Part shown: in pieces, positions 25,269-25,441 of the stretch
Layout: every line of letters starts with the position of its first letter
Position numbering within the stretch: the first letter of the stretch is position 1
IMG/VR virus record: IMGVR_UViG_3300032303_001425
Coordinates: 1-25,441 of that record
From: a virus
Taxonomy: Duplodnaviria > Caudoviricetes
DNA: 25,441 nt
Reading direction: 5' to 3' (one strand)
Translations under genes and position numbers: made by a program
The notes under the pieces: model-generated
The model's input: the letters and a program-made list of their open reading frames with translations, nothing else
What the model was told of the DNA's origin: nothing
The model's database searches: none

Positions 25269-25441
25269 TTAATCAAACCAGCTTAAACGAACTCCAGCAA
25301 ACACATCACGAATTGTAGAAACCATACGCTTCTCAGCATACAGGGTTACAAAGCCGGGTTGGGTCTGTTCAAAACGCTTTAGCACAAATTCTTCATTATC
25401 AGCAATGGTCAAGAACCTAGACCAATCAGCCAGATAAACTG
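25269..25441 (-). CDS. HK97-fold major capsid protein, C-terminal fragment
   Basis: Hand translation VYLADWSRFLTIADNEEFVLKRFEQTQPGFVTLYAEKRMVSTIRDVFAGVRLSWFD*; typical HK97 capsid C-terminus, upstream of the connector. Confidence 0.85.
   Translation of the reverse strand, partial: VYLADWSRFLTIADNEEFVLKRFEQTQPGFVTLYAEKRMVSTIRDVFAGVRLSWFD

Noticed and set aside
1-25441. Stop-codon reassignment
   Set aside because: Genes are full length and tightly packed under the standard code; gaps are filled by ordinary micro-ORFs.
1-25441. Apparent CpG scarcity with frequent CCGG
   Set aside because: Impression only; it needs k-mer counts against a Markov model, which I cannot run, and low GC may explain it.

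Overview
AT-rich (roughly 35-40% GC by eye) segment of a tailed dsDNA phage of siphovirus type, with an HK97/lambda-like head-tail module. The left end holds a leftward replication unit (PD-(D/E)XK nuclease, a C4-like structured RNA, and a truncated DUF1376/YdaU-type initiator). A divergent control region follows, then a rightward early operon of small ORFs, a Sak/DUF1071 annealase, a YqaJ exonuclease and an SSB-like protein. From 4945 to the end is one leftward late region. In transcription order it runs: major capsid C-terminus, head-tail joining genes, tail tube, tail chaperones with a -1 frameshift, tape measure, tail tip genes (including a GNAT), a Gly-rich fibre, an accessory block, and lysis genes. 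The accessory block is the most unusual part: a structured leader and an adaptor-like gene, a 1657-aa almost proline-free (Ser-Gly-X)n protein, a SAM methyltransferase, a GT2/GT9-N fusion and a GT9-C half gene. It may be a virion fibre plus its own glycosylation system. No integrase, repressor, tRNA, CRISPR or reverse transcriptase is visible. All family calls are from motif recognition by eye, not from database searches.
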